Below are positions 9,443 to 19,025 of a DNA stretch of 64,000 bases, in pieces. The notes below the pieces were generated by a model, which saw only the letters and a program-made list of their open reading frames with translations, was not told the DNA's origin and did no database searches. Origin of the DNA: an uncultured delta proteobacterium (GTDB lineage Bacteria; Desulfobacterota; Binatia; HRBIN30; BPIQ01); the NCBI GenBank assembly GCA_963761335.1, contig CAVXGR010000018.1, positions 32,001-96,000 of the forward strand. Reading direction: 5' to 3'. Position numbers and translations under genes: made by a program. Within the stretch, counting starts at the first letter, position 1. Each line of letters begins with the position of its first letter.

Positions 9443-12400
9443 TCAGCGGCAGCGCAACACGCGTCCGCTCGGGGAGAGATCGCAAGCGATCGGAGGCGCC
9501 CCGAGAAAGCATGCATCGCCGATGCGCAGGAGCATCTGCATCGCCCGCGGCGGCGCGCCGACGGACATCGCCTCTCCCTTGGCCAGCACTTTCCAGATGC
9601 CGGCGCGCGTCTGCCGAAATCGCACCTTGGTGAGGCCTTCTGCTTCCCCAGCGGAACCTCTCAGAAGGTAGCTGGTGCCGCGGCGGTTCGGCGAGAACAG
9701 CTCGGCGCGCGCCTGTGAGCTGGCAAAGGGGCCGGCGTCGCCTGCGAGGACGATGGTGACGTCGCCGCTCTGCTGGAGAGCGGCGGCGGCCGATGCATCG
9801 AGGACGCCCTTCAAGGTCAGCCGCGTGCCCTTCGGGGTGCCGTAGCGCACGACCACGCTGTCGACGCTGAAGGCGCCGTTCGATCCCGGGCACGGATCGA
9901 CGCTATCGTCGCAGGCGTCTCCCGCGCCGTCGCCGTCGGTATCCCGCTGGTTGGCATTGGCGGTTGCCGGGCAGTTGTCGCAGGGGTCGCCGACCGCATC
10001 CGCGTCGGTGTCGCTCTGATCGGCGTTGGCGACCGCGGGGCAGTTGTCGAGGTTGCCGCAGAGGCCGTCGGCGTCGGCATCGTTGGCGGCGTCGAGCGGA
10101 CACCCGTCGCACGCATCGCCGAGCGCGTCGCCGTCCTGATCTTGCTGGCCCGCATTGGCGAGCCCTGTGCAGTTGTCACACGCATCGTCGACGCCGTCGC
10201 CGTCTCCGTCTCCGTCTCCCTGCGGGGGCACCGCCGTCAACGGGCAGACGTCGCACACGTCTCCGACTCCGTCGCCGTCCTGATCCCGCTGGTCCGCGTT
10301 GGGCACCGTCGGGCAGTTGTCCAGCGGCTCGGGGGAGTCTGCGACTCCGTCGCCGTCGAGATCCCGCTGCACGCCGATGACGACGTCCTCGGAATCGCTT
10401 TCCTGACCGTCGGTGACGGCGAAGCGCACCGTGTGGTAACCCGACTGCTCCGCTGTCGGGCTCCACGAGAAGACGCGGCGCAGGCTGTCGAAGCTGGCGC
10501 CGGCCGGCAGAGAGCTGGCGCCGTAGGTGAGGAAGTCGTGGTTCACGTCGGTAGCGGACACGGTGAAGGTCAGGATCTGGCCAGCGGCGACCGCCTTCGG
10601 CCCGATGGTTCCCAAGCTCGGCGGATAGTTGGTGCCGCTGATGTCGAGTCGCTCCTCCCAGACGGTCAGGTCCGTCGACCAGTCCCAGGCCTTTTCGTCG
10701 AAGGTCGAGATCACCATGGCGATGTCGGGGCGGCCGTCGGCATCCAGGTCGCCGATCGATTCGACGATGGCGCGCAAGCGGTTCTCGCCTTGGGGCATCC
10801 TCCAGATCGGAATCATCAGGCCGGGCACGAAGGGGAAGGTGTTGTGGGCGTAGATGATCGCCGCCTCGACGTCGCTGGATCCCCCGAAGAGAACCGCCGG
10901 TCGGTCGGCGGGCAGAGCGTTCAGCTGCCCGGTGAGGGAAGAGTTGATCTCGCGGCTCAAGCCGAAGTTGCACGTGATCGTGCCCAGGTTGCTCCACACC
11001 GGCTCGTAGGCGTCGTCCCCGGTGGCGCGGAAGACGGCGACGTTGCCGGCGGGGCAGGGCTCGCAGGTCCCCGGAGAGTAGTCGGCGGCGCTGCCGAGGC
11101 CGATGCAGGCGCAGGCGCACCCGTAGGATCCCGCTGCCACCACCTCGTTGACGCCGTCACCGTCGATGTCGACGACCAGGGGGAAGTCGGAGTCCACGAT
11201 CGAGCTGTCGCGCACCTGCTGGCTGGAGAAGGTGAAGCCGTCGAAGACGCTCTCCAAGCCGAAGCCCGACTTGCGATCGTAGCCGCCCGTGAGCTCGTTG
11301 TACTCGAAGCGGATCGATGGGAAGCTGATCGTGTTCGCCGGATAGTTCTCGCGCGCCTTCGGGATCAGCTCGAGGCGGCCGTCGTTGTCGCTGTCGGCGA
11401 CGGTCCAGAGCGAGCCCGTGCCGTAGATACCGTCCAGGAGCTCGTGGTCGCCGAGGTAGGACCAGATCTTCTGGTAGGTCGTCTCTCCAGCGGCCCCGTC
11501 GTGCTCCCAGATCTCGATGTGGGTATCGTACGTCGTGCGGTACCAGAAGATGATCTCCGGTTGGCCGTTCTGATTGGTGTCGGCAACCAGCACCTGCTTC
11601 GGCGCCGGGACCTGGATGGCGATGCCTCCACCCGGCAGGGGGATCTGGCCGAGCACCGAGGGGAGGGAGATCGAGTTGCTCTGCAAGGCGTACTGGTTGT
11701 CGCCGGTGGACTTGAAGATTCGGGGCCCCATGGTCGGGGCGGCACCGTAGTGCTGTTGGCCGAAGGCGATGATCTCGTTGTGGCCGTCGGCGTCACTGTC
11801 GGCGATGGCCAGGGCGCGGAAGCCGGAGGTCGTCGTGTCGGCGTAGCTCCAGACGATGTCGTACTGGTCGTCTGCGGTGCTCTTCAGCAGGTAGAGATCC
11901 GCCTCCGAGGCCCGCTGCACCGAGACCAGCAGCTCGTCCCGTCCGTCGCCGTCGGCGTCGCCGCCGGTGACGCCGATGATCCCCACGTACGAGCCGGGAG
12001 TGGCCGTGCTCCCCGGAGGGAGAGGAAAGTCGTTCTCGCCCATGCGCCACACCTGATGCAGATCGATCGCGGGGTGTGCCCCTTCCTCGAACTCGACGCT
12101 CGCCAGGCCCGGGGCGCTGGCCACGACGCGGTGCAACACTCCCGCGGTGCGCGGCGCCACCGCCCCGAGGGTCAGCTCGGCGGTGGCGACGCCGTCCGGA
12201 TCGGTGAAGGCCGTCGCCGGCGTGGTGTAGGCGCCGGGGCCGCCCTCGGCGATGTCGAAGGCGACCGGAACGCCCGAGACGCCGATTCCGGCGGCATCCT
12301 TGACGACGACGCTCAGCGGGTCGGGCAAGCTCTCGCCTCCAGGTCCCACCTGTCGGTCGCCCTGCCCGATCTCCAGCGTCGCAGGCGTCAACGCCGTCGT

Positions 12401-14137
12401 CGTCGCCGACACCACGTTGGAGATCGGCGAGTAGTTGCCGGCGTCGTCCATCACCCGCAGGGCGAAGAAGTATTCCGTGCCCTGATCGAGCCGATCGACG
12501 GTAAAGGTCTCTGCGGCCCCCGCCGTTGCCGGCAGCGGCTCCCCGTGGAGACGGAGAGCCGCATCCCAGCTCTCCTCGGTCAGCGGCGCCGTGTCGTAAC
12601 GCAGGTCGTACAGTGCCGCTCGTCCGCTGGTGCCGTCATCTCCGGTTGCCGTCCAGGTCAGGACGACCTGGCGATGGGTCACGTTCGCGGTCTCGAGGTC
12701 AGCGATCGCCAGCGGCGCCGCGCTGTCCGATCCGATTCCCAGCCCCGCGAGCGCATTGGCGGCGTTCAGCCGCCCCCCGGTGACGGCGCGGCCGGTCATC
12801 GCCGGGATGGGATCGGCGCCGGCGAAGATCCGGGCGCGGACCTCCTCGTAGGTCAACGAGGGAGCCCGGGCCCACACGAGCGCGGCGACTCCGGCGACGT
12901 GAGGTGTGGCCATCGAGGTTCCCGACAGCTTGGCGTAGTTGCGGCTGTATCCCTCGCCGTTCAGGTACACCTGATAGGTCGGCATGGTGGAGAGGACGCT
13001 CACGCCCGGAGCCGCGAGATCGACGGACACGGCGCCGTAGTTGGAGAAGCTCGCCAGGGCGTCGGCCGAGTCGGTGGCGGCGACGGAGATGACGTTGTCG
13101 AGGTCGTAGCTCGAGGGATAGTGCCCGAAGGTGTCGGTGCTGCCCCCGTCGTTGCCGGCGGCGGCGACGAAGAGCTGATCGGCGTCGCGCGCCGCCGCGA
13201 TGGCATCGTACAGGGCGTGCGAGAACCCGCCGCCGCCCCAGCTGTTGCTGCTCAGGTGTGCGCCCATGAGCACGGCATAGTTCAGAGCGCGCACGGCGTC
13301 GCTGGTGGTGCCGCCGCCCTCGGCACTCAGGAAACGGAGAGCCATGATCTTCACGTGCCAGTTGACCCCGGTGACGCCGACGCCGTTGTTGCCGACGGCG
13401 CCGATGGTGCCGGAGACGTGCGTCCCGTGTCCGTTCGCGTCGTTCGGATTGCCGTCGTCGTTGTAGAAGTCGTAGCCGTGTACGTCGTCGACGAAGCCGT
13501 TGCCGTCGTCGTCGATGTTGTTGCCGGGGATCTCTCCGGGATTGACCCAGACGTTGGCGGCGAGGTCCGGGTGATCGGCGTCGATGCCGGTGTCGATGAC
13601 GGCGACGACCACCTGGTCGCTGCCGCGCTCCACGTCCCAGGCGTGCGGCGCCTCGATCTTCTTCACGCCCCAGAGGCCCGAGTACTTCGGATCGGCCGGC
13701 GTGGTGTCGAGGACGTGCACGTCGTAGTCGGGCTCGGCATACTCGACGTCCGGATCGGCTGCGTACTGGGCCACCGTCTCCTCGACCGTCTTGCCCTCCG
13801 GAACCTCGGCGACCTGGAGCCGATCGAGCCCCGCCTTGCGGGCCCTGGCTCCGAGCTCCTTGCTGCGCAGGAGGGCACGAGCCCGGTTGCTGCGGCCCGC
13901 GATGCCCTGTCGCGCTGCGACCCGCGCGTGCACGGTGGCCGCGTCGGCGCCCGGCCGCAGCTTCACGATCACGCCGGCAGGCCGGTTGTGCTTGGCGACC
14001 TTGGACGGCTGCCGGCGCCGGAACAAAGCGTCCGCCGGCTGGGCCAGTCCGGCGATCAGGACCGCGCCTGCGAGAAGGAAGACGCGGCAATGCCCGCCAA
14101 CCCGGATCCTCTGGGCAAAACGGAGAAACACCGGCAC
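9443..14137 (-). CDS. Secreted multidomain subtilisin-like S8 serine protease (propeptide, S8, FN3, Ig-like, FG-GAP-like region, putative Ig, thrombospondin type-3 repeats, C-terminal beta domain)
   Basis: Signal peptide; catalytic triad VIDTG / HGTHVSG / GTSMATPHVAG; DGDGVGDxCDNCP repeats; DADGDG and DIDGDG loops. Confidence 0.93.
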   Translation of the reverse strand: MPVFLRFAQRIRVGGHCRVFLLAGAVLIAGLAQPADALFRRRQPSKVAKHNRPAGVIVKLRPGADAATVHARVAARQGIAGRSNRARALLRSKELGARARKAGLDRLQVAEVPEGKTVEETVAQYAADPDVEYAEPDYDVHVLDTTPADPKYSGLWGVKKIEAPHAWDVERGSDQVVVAVIDTGIDADHPDLAANVWVNPGEIPGNNIDDDGNGFVDDVHGYDFYNDDGNPNDANGHGTHVSGTIGAVGNNGVGVTGVNWHVKIMALRFLSAEGGGTTSDAVRALNYAVLMGAHLSSNSWGGGGFSHALYDAIAAARDADQLFVAAAGNDGGSTDTFGHYPSSYDLDNVISVAATDSADALASFSNYGAVSVDLAAPGVSVLSTMPTYQVYLNGEGYSRNYAKLSGTSMATPHVAGVAALVWARAPSLTYEEVRARIFAGADPIPAMTGRAVTGGRLNAANALAGLGIGSDSAAPLAIADLETANVTHRQVVLTWTATGDDGTSGRAALYDLRYDTAPLTEESWDAALRLHGEPLPATAGAAETFTVDRLDQGTEYFFALRVMDDAGNYSPISNVVSATTTALTPATLEIGQGDRQVGPGGESLPDPLSVVVKDAAGIGVSGVPVAFDIAEGGPGAYTTPATAFTDPDGVATAELTLGAVAPRTAGVLHRVVASAPGLASVEFEEGAHPAIDLHQVWRMGENDFPLPPGSTATPGSYVGIIGVTGGDADGDGRDELLVSVQRASEADLYLLKSTADDQYDIVWSYADTTTSGFRALAIADSDADGHNEIIAFGQQHYGAAPTMGPRIFKSTGDNQYALQSNSISLPSVLGQIPLPGGGIAIQVPAPKQVLVADTNQNGQPEIIFWYRTTYDTHIEIWEHDGAAGETTYQKIWSYLGDHELLDGIYGTGSLWTVADSDNDGRLELIPKARENYPANTISFPSIRFEYNELTGGYDRKSGFGLESVFDGFTFSSQQVRDSSIVDSDFPLVVDIDGDGVNEVVAAGSYGCACACIGLGSAADYSPGTCEPCPAGNVAVFRATGDDAYEPVWSNLGTITCNFGLSREINSSLTGQLNALPADRPAVLFGGSSDVEAAIIYAHNTFPFVPGLMIPIWRMPQGENRLRAIVESIGDLDADGRPDIAMVISTFDEKAWDWSTDLTVWEERLDISGTNYPPSLGTIGPKAVAAGQILTFTVSATDVNHDFLTYGASSLPAGASFDSLRRVFSWSPTAEQSGYHTVRFAVTDGQESDSEDVVIGVQRDLDGDGVADSPEPLDNCPTVPNADQRDQDGDGVGDVCDVCPLTAVPPQGDGDGDGDGVDDACDNCTGLANAGQQDQDGDALGDACDGCPLDAANDADADGLCGNLDNCPAVANADQSDTDADAVGDPCDNCPATANANQRDTDGDGAGDACDDSVDPCPGSNGAFSVDSVVVRYGTPKGTRLTLKGVLDASAAAALQQSGDVTIVLAGDAGPFASSQARAELFSPNRRGTSYLLRGSAGEAEGLTKVRFRQTRAGIWKVLAKGEAMSVGAPPRAMQMLLRIGDACFLGAPPIACDLSPSGRVLRCR

Positions 14138-14196
14138 AAGCCCCCTCTTTCTACGCCGCTCCCACGGGAACGGTTTCGTTTGCTGCCGATATCAGC

Positions 14197-14226
14197 TCCA
14201 TACGGCCGGGGCGGCACGCGTGTCAA
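14197..14226 (-). promoter_or_regulatory. Candidate sigma-70 promoter of the S8 protease gene
   Basis: TTGACA-18 nt-TATGGA on the minus strand, about 60 nt upstream of the start. Confidence 0.35.
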
Positions 14227-14307
14227 GAAAAACAGACGGCACGCGGCAAGACCCGGTGGGAGCCTTGCCCTCCCGACACCCGACACCTCAACCGCTCTGC
14301 ATCGTCG

Positions 14308-14418
14308 GGGCTTCTGGGCGGGGATGAAGAGAATGTAAAATGGAGAACCGGTGACCGGTTCTCCATTTTACATTCTCTCTGAACGATGCGGCTCCAATAC
14401 CCAACACCTCAACAGCCC
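14308..14418. repeat. Direct-repeat copy 2 containing a perfect 51-nt palindrome (14328-14378)
   Basis: AGAGAATGTAAAATGGAGAACCGGT-G-ACCGGTTCTCCATTTTACATTCTCT; may also terminate the upstream dehydrogenase transcript. Confidence 0.85.
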
Positions 14419-14429
14419 ATACCCGCCCT

Positions 14430-15446
14430 TCAGCTCTGCATCGTCACCTTGATCGATCCCCGCCTCTTGTCCGCGGCGGCGGCGAAGGCTTCGTCGATCT
14501 GGTCGAGGGGGAATCGATGAGTGATCAGCGGCGCCACCAGCTGGCGATTCTTGTCGAGGAGGTCGATGGCGACCTCGAAATCGGAGGTGGCGCCGGCGCG
14601 GCCGTAGGTGAGGGAGCCGATGAGGCGCGCCTCCTTCAGCACCAGGAGGAGCGGGTTGATCGACACTGCGCCGGTGAAGACCCCGAGAACCGAGACGACG
14701 CCGCCGGAGCGCACGTAGTAGAGCGCCTGGCTCAGAGTGTCGGCGCTGCCGCCGACGGTCTCGATCACCACGTCGATGGGGTGATCGCTGCCGTAGGCGG
14801 AGAGCTCTCCGTCGCGATCGTCCCCGAACGGGCGGGCGCCCAGGCGGGCGGCGGCTTCCTTCTGGTGCGCGTGGCGGGCGGTGATCAGCACCTCGCCGGC
14901 GCCGGCGGCGCGCGCCACCAACGCTGCCAGCAGGCCGATGCTGCCGCCGCCGAGCACGAGGACGCGCTGGCCGAGCCGCACGCCGGCGAGGCGGACGGCG
15001 TGCACGCACACGGCCGCGGGCTCGCTCAGCGCCCCGACCGCCCACGGCAAGCCCGCCGGGAGCGGAAAGGCAGCGGATGCCGGCACCCGCACGTAGTCGG
15101 CAAAGCCGCCGTCCGCCTGCGTGCCGAGGACGCGAAACTCGCGACAGATCTGATAATCGCCGCGGCGGCACGCCGGGCAGTGCCCACAGGTGATCAGCGG
15201 CTCGACGGCGATCCGGTCGCCGGGGTGCAGGTGCGCGACGCCGCTGCCGACCTCGGCAATCTCGCCGCTGATCTCGTGGCCGGGGCAGACCGCCGGCACG
15301 GGGAAGCCGCCGTGGTAGTAGTGCAGGTCGCTGCCGCAGATGCCGCAGTTGTGCACGCGCACCAGCACCTCGCCGGCGCCTGGTTGCGGCTGCGGCACCT
15401 CGCGCAGCTCGAATCGCCCCGGCTCGAGACAGCGTGCGGCGCGCAT
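14430..15446 (-). CDS. Zn-dependent alcohol dehydrogenase (MDR, sorbitol/threonine dehydrogenase-like)
   Basis: CGICGSDLH, GHE, structural Zn site CGHCPAC...C, GGGSIG; start coupled to the upstream stop (TGATG). Confidence 0.93.
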   Translation of the reverse strand: MRAARCLEPGRFELREVPQPQPGAGEVLVRVHNCGICGSDLHYYHGGFPVPAVCPGHEISGEIAEVGSGVAHLHPGDRIAVEPLITCGHCPACRRGDYQICREFRVLGTQADGGFADYVRVPASAAFPLPAGLPWAVGALSEPAAVCVHAVRLAGVRLGQRVLVLGGGSIGLLAALVARAAGAGEVLITARHAHQKEAAARLGARPFGDDRDGELSAYGSDHPIDVVIETVGGSADTLSQALYYVRSGGVVSVLGVFTGAVSINPLLLVLKEARLIGSLTYGRAGATSDFEVAIDLLDKNRQLVAPLITHRFPLDQIDEAFAAAADKRRGSIKVTMQS

Positions 15447-16951
15447 CACGCCCCGTTGGCCGGCGAGCGCCGCCGCCGCAGAGCGGCGACGGCGAAGAAC
15501 AGCGCCGCGAGCACCAGCGCGGCGGCGATGCCGATCCAGACCCACGGCGGCCCGCAGGTATTGAAGAGGAGGTCGATGCGATGGCCGCCCATCGCCGCCA
15601 CCACCAGGTCGATCCGCCCGTCGCCGTCGAGATCGCCGCTGGCGACCGCGTGCGGGGCGCTGTCGACGCGGAAACGAACGCCCGACCCGAACCCTCCACG
15701 GCCGTCGCCGAGCAGCACGGAGACGTCGTTGCTTCCCTGGTTGGCGACGGCGATGTCGAGGATGCCGTCGTCGTTGACGTCGGCCATCGTGGCTGCGTAC
15801 GGGAACATGCCGACCTCGTAGTTCTTGCCGGAGGTGAAGGCGATAGTGCCGTCACCGAGGAGGACGGTGATGTTGTTGGTCTCGGTGTTGACGGATACCG
15901 CATCGAGGTGGCCGTCACCGTTGAGATCACCGGCGACGAAATCGTTCGGCACGACGCCGACGGGGAAGTTGAGCGGCGGGGCGAAGGCCTCGTTGTCGAT
16001 CTGGCGGAGAAAGGAGATGCTGTTGGCGTGCGAGTTCGACGCCGCGATGTCCATCTTGCCGTCCTCGCTGAACATCCCCGCCCGCACTGTCGTCGGCCCC
16101 GCTCCCACCGACAGGTTGCCGGCCGACTCGAAGCCGCCGATGCCGTCGCCCATGAACAAGGTCAGCTCGTCCGCTTCCGAGTCGGCGACGATCAGGTCGA
16201 GATGTCCGTCGCCGTTGACGTCGTCGATGGCGATGCCGTGCGGGGCGCGGCCCACGGCGATGTCGGTGCGGCGCAGAAAGAGGCCGGGACCGCCCTGGAT
16301 CGCGGCGCTCTGGCCCTGAACGATTGGGCGCTGCGTGAGCGTCGGCGTCGGGGTGAGCGTCGGTGTGAATGTCTGCGTCACCGTGGCGGTCGGCGGAGGG
16401 CTCGCCGGCGTCACGGCGATCGTGGGGAGGCCGAGCTGCTCGTCCAGCCCGACGTTGCCGGCTTCCTCCTCCGCGAAGCCGCCCTCGCTGATGGCGGGCG
16501 TGGCCGTCTCGGCGGGGCTCGGCGTCGCCACCTCCGTCGGCGTCCGCGTCGGCACCGCCGCGCTGCTTCGCCAGAGGATGGTGATGCTGTTGGCGGCGGC
16601 ATTGGCCACCGCCAGGTCGATGCGGCCGTCGCCGTCCAGATCGCCGGCGGCGACCGCCGCCGGTCCCTGGCCCGCGGGCACCTTCACCGCGTCGGCGAAG
16701 GTGCCGTCGCCGCGGCCGAGCAGGATGGAGACGTCGTTGCTGGAGCCGTTGGCGGTCACCAGATCGATCTTGCCATCCCCGTCGAGGTCGATGGCGAGGA
16801 TCGCCTCCGGCGACGCCGCGGGGTCCACCGGCGTCGGCGGCGCGAAATGCGCGGCGCGACACCAGCTGAAGCCGAAGGCGGCCGGTTGCGGTAGAATGAC
16901 GAGAGTCGAGATCAGCGCTGCCGCGAAGGCGGAGCGCAAACCTGTGCACAT
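15446..16951 (-). CDS. Membrane-anchored FG-GAP/VCBS repeat protein with a Pro/Thr-rich insert
   Basis: Signal peptide; about 7 repeats of DLDGDGxxDLxxAN...NxVSVLLGxGxG; C-terminal hydrophobic helix followed by RRRR. Confidence 0.9.
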   Translation of the reverse strand: MCTGLRSAFAAALISTLVILPQPAAFGFSWCRAAHFAPPTPVDPAASPEAILAIDLDGDGKIDLVTANGSSNDVSILLGRGDGTFADAVKVPAGQGPAAVAAGDLDGDGRIDLAVANAAANSITILWRSSAAVPTRTPTEVATPSPAETATPAISEGGFAEEEAGNVGLDEQLGLPTIAVTPASPPPTATVTQTFTPTLTPTPTLTQRPIVQGQSAAIQGGPGLFLRRTDIAVGRAPHGIAIDDVNGDGHLDLIVADSEADELTLFMGDGIGGFESAGNLSVGAGPTTVRAGMFSEDGKMDIAASNSHANSISFLRQIDNEAFAPPLNFPVGVVPNDFVAGDLNGDGHLDAVSVNTETNNITVLLGDGTIAFTSGKNYEVGMFPYAATMADVNDDGILDIAVANQGSNDVSVLLGDGRGGFGSGVRFRVDSAPHAVASGDLDGDGRIDLVVAAMGGHRIDLLFNTCGPPWVWIGIAAALVLAALFFAVAALRRRRSPANGA

Positions 16952-17037
16952 CGGTGGTTCCCCCTTCTGTCGTTCGCGGGACGGTGTAGCAAGAACGGCT
17001 GCCGGAGCAAAGCCGCTGAGACCGGCGACTGAAGCAA

Positions 17038-17089
17038 AGTAGAAGCGCCGTCCCGGCGCTTCCCGAAGCGGCGAGACGCCGCTTCTACT
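17038..17089. repeat. REP-like inverted doublet, family A copy 2 (opposite orientation)
   Basis: AGTAGAAGCGCCGTCCCGGCGCTT...AAGCGGCGAGACGCCGCTTCTACT. Confidence 0.85.
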
Positions 17090-17247
17090 TTTGCGGGCAG
17101 GCCAGCGGAGCTCATTTTGCCTATGTCAGACAGTCCTAGAAGAGGGGGAGCTGCCTTGCACTGCCGCGGGGGCCGGGCTACAGGGACGGCAGTTCCCCGC
17201 GGCGGGGCAATCGCTGCCGGCCGGCAGATTTCACCGAGGAGAGGCGC

Positions 17248-18495
17248 ATGAGCACGAAGGATATCTACGAGATCGGCGAGATGCCCCCGATCGGCGAGGT
17301 CCCCAAGCAGATGTACGCACAAGTGGTGCGCGCCGAGCGCTTCGGCGAGCCCAAGGTGGCGTTTCGGGTGGAGAAGATCCCCGTGCCCGAGATCAAGGCG
17401 GACGAGGTTCTGGTCCACGTGATGGCCGCCGGCATCAATTACAACAACGTGTGGGCGGCTCTCGGCAGCCCGGTGAACGTCATCGCCGCCCGCCAGAAGG
17501 CGAAGTTCGACCCGAGCGATTTCCACATCGGCGGCAGCGACGCCTCCGGCATCGTCTATGCCGTCGGCAGCGACGTGAAGAACGTGAAGGTCGGCGATCA
17601 CGTGGTCATGCACTGCGGCACCTGGGATCGCGACTGCCCAAGGGTGAAGGCCCGGGTCGATCCGATGTTCAGCCCGACCTTCAAGATCTGGGGATACGAG
17701 ACCAACTGGGGCAGCTTCGCGCAGTTCACCAAGGTGCAGGCGCACCAGTGTCTGCCCAAGCCTCCGCAGCTCACCTGGGAGGCGGCGGCCGCCTACATGC
17801 TGGTGGGCGCCACGGCGTATCGGATGCTCGGCGGCTGGCCGCCGCACGTGGTCGGCGACGGCGACGTGGTGCTCATCTGGGGCGGCACCGGAGGCCTGGG
17901 CTCGATGGCCATCCAGATCGCCAGGAGCATGGGCGGCATCCCCGTCGCCGTGGTCTCCGATCCGCGCAAGTTCGAGTTCTGCGCCCGGCTCGGCGCCAAG
18001 GGCTGCATCAACCGCAAGGACTTCAAGCACTGGGGGATGATGCCGCACTGGAAAGACACCGAGGCGTACAACCAGTGGGCGGCCGGAGCCCGTACCTTCG
18101 GCAAGGCGATCTGGGACGCAATCGGCGAGCGCAAGAGCCCGCGCATCGTCTTCGAGCATCCCGGCGAGGACACCGTTCCCACCTCGATCTTCGTCTGCGA
18201 CACGGGCGGCATGGTGGTGATCTGCGCCGGTACCACCGGCTACAACGCCGTCGTCGACTTGCGCTACCTGTGGATGCGACAGAAGCGTTTCCAGGGCTCG
18301 CACTTCGCCAACGACGAGCAGGCGAAGGCGCTCAACGATCTGGTGATCGCCGGCAAGGTGGACCCCTGCCTCTCGGAGGTGATGCGTTTCGAGCAGATTC
18401 CCGAGGCTCATCAGATGATGTACGAGAACCGCCATCCGGCGGGGAACATGGCTTGTCTGGTCGGCGCTTCCCGGCCCGGGATGACAGGAGTCTGA
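17248..18495 (+). CDS. ccr: Crotonyl-CoA carboxylase/reductase
   Basis: [76 protein letters not shown]. Confidence 0.93.
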   Translation: MSTKDIYEIGEMPPIGEVPKQMYAQVVRAERFGEPKVAFRVEKIPVPEIKADEVLVHVMAAGINYNNVWAALGSPVNVIAARQKAKFDPSDFHIGGSDASGIVYAVGSDVKNVKVGDHVVMHCGTWDRDCPRVKARVDPMFSPTFKIWGYETNWGSFAQFTKVQAHQCLPKPPQLTWEAAAAYMLVGATAYRMLGGWPPHVVGDGDVVLIWGGTGGLGSMAIQIARSMGGIPVAVVSDPRKFEFCARLGAKGCINRKDFKHWGMMPHWKDTEAYNQWAAGARTFGKAIWDAIGERKSPRIVFEHPGEDTVPTSIFVCDTGGMVVICAGTTGYNAVVDLRYLWMRQKRFQGSHFANDEQAKALNDLVIAGKVDPCLSEVMRFEQIPEAHQMMYENRHPAGNMACLVGASRPGMTGV

Positions 18496-18573
18496 GCGGA
18501 GGCAGGGCATCGCGTCGCGGGCAGTAGAGCGCCGCGCACCGGGCGGCGAGGCCGCGGTGCCGGGGAGCGAGCG

Positions 18574-18885
18574 GTGAGCGGAGTGCTGATGGGCCTGGCG
18601 GTGCTCGCCGCCGTGGCCGCGGTCGGCTGGAGGCGCTGGCAGTCCCGCCGCGAGGAGACGACTCGACCCGGGGCGAGCCTGCGCCGGGCGATCCGGGTGC
18701 GCAGCTTCGAGCAGATCGATCGCATCGCCTGCCGCCGCCGCTGTCGTTGCGGAGACCCGCTGCACGCCACCGGCGAGGGCTCGAGCCAGCTCGGCGACCG
18801 CCGTTTTCGCGTGCTCACCCTGGAGTGCAGCGGCTGCGGCAAGGAGCGCCGGCTCTACTTCGACGTGACCCGCATCTTTCATTGA
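18574..18885 (+). CDS. Small membrane-anchored zinc-ribbon-like protein
   Basis: N-terminal TM helix; CRCG and ECSGCG cysteine pairs; SD-like GGGAG before the GTG. Confidence 0.65.
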   Translation: MSGVLMGLAVLAAVAAVGWRRWQSRREETTRPGASLRRAIRVRSFEQIDRIACRRRCRCGDPLHATGEGSSQLGDRRFRVLTLECSGCGKERRLYFDVTRIFH

Positions 18886-18973
18886 GGGAGAGTGGGAGAC
18901 TGGAGTCTTCTCGGGTGATTTCGAGACAGCCTTGGGAGCCCGGGGAGGATGACCTCCGCCGACTCGCGGGCCG

Positions 18974-19025
18974 AGTAGAAGCGGCGTCTCGCCGCTTCGG
19001 AAAGCGCCGGGACGGCGCTTCTACT
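18974..19025. repeat. REP-like inverted doublet, family A copy 3
   Basis: AGTAGAAGCGGCGTCTCGCCGCTT...AAGCGCCGGGACGGCGCTTCTACT. Confidence 0.85.

Noticed and set aside
9890..10360. GTCGCCGTC-rich repeats as a DNA repeat element
   Set aside because: They encode the thrombospondin type-3 DxDGDG repeats of the protease
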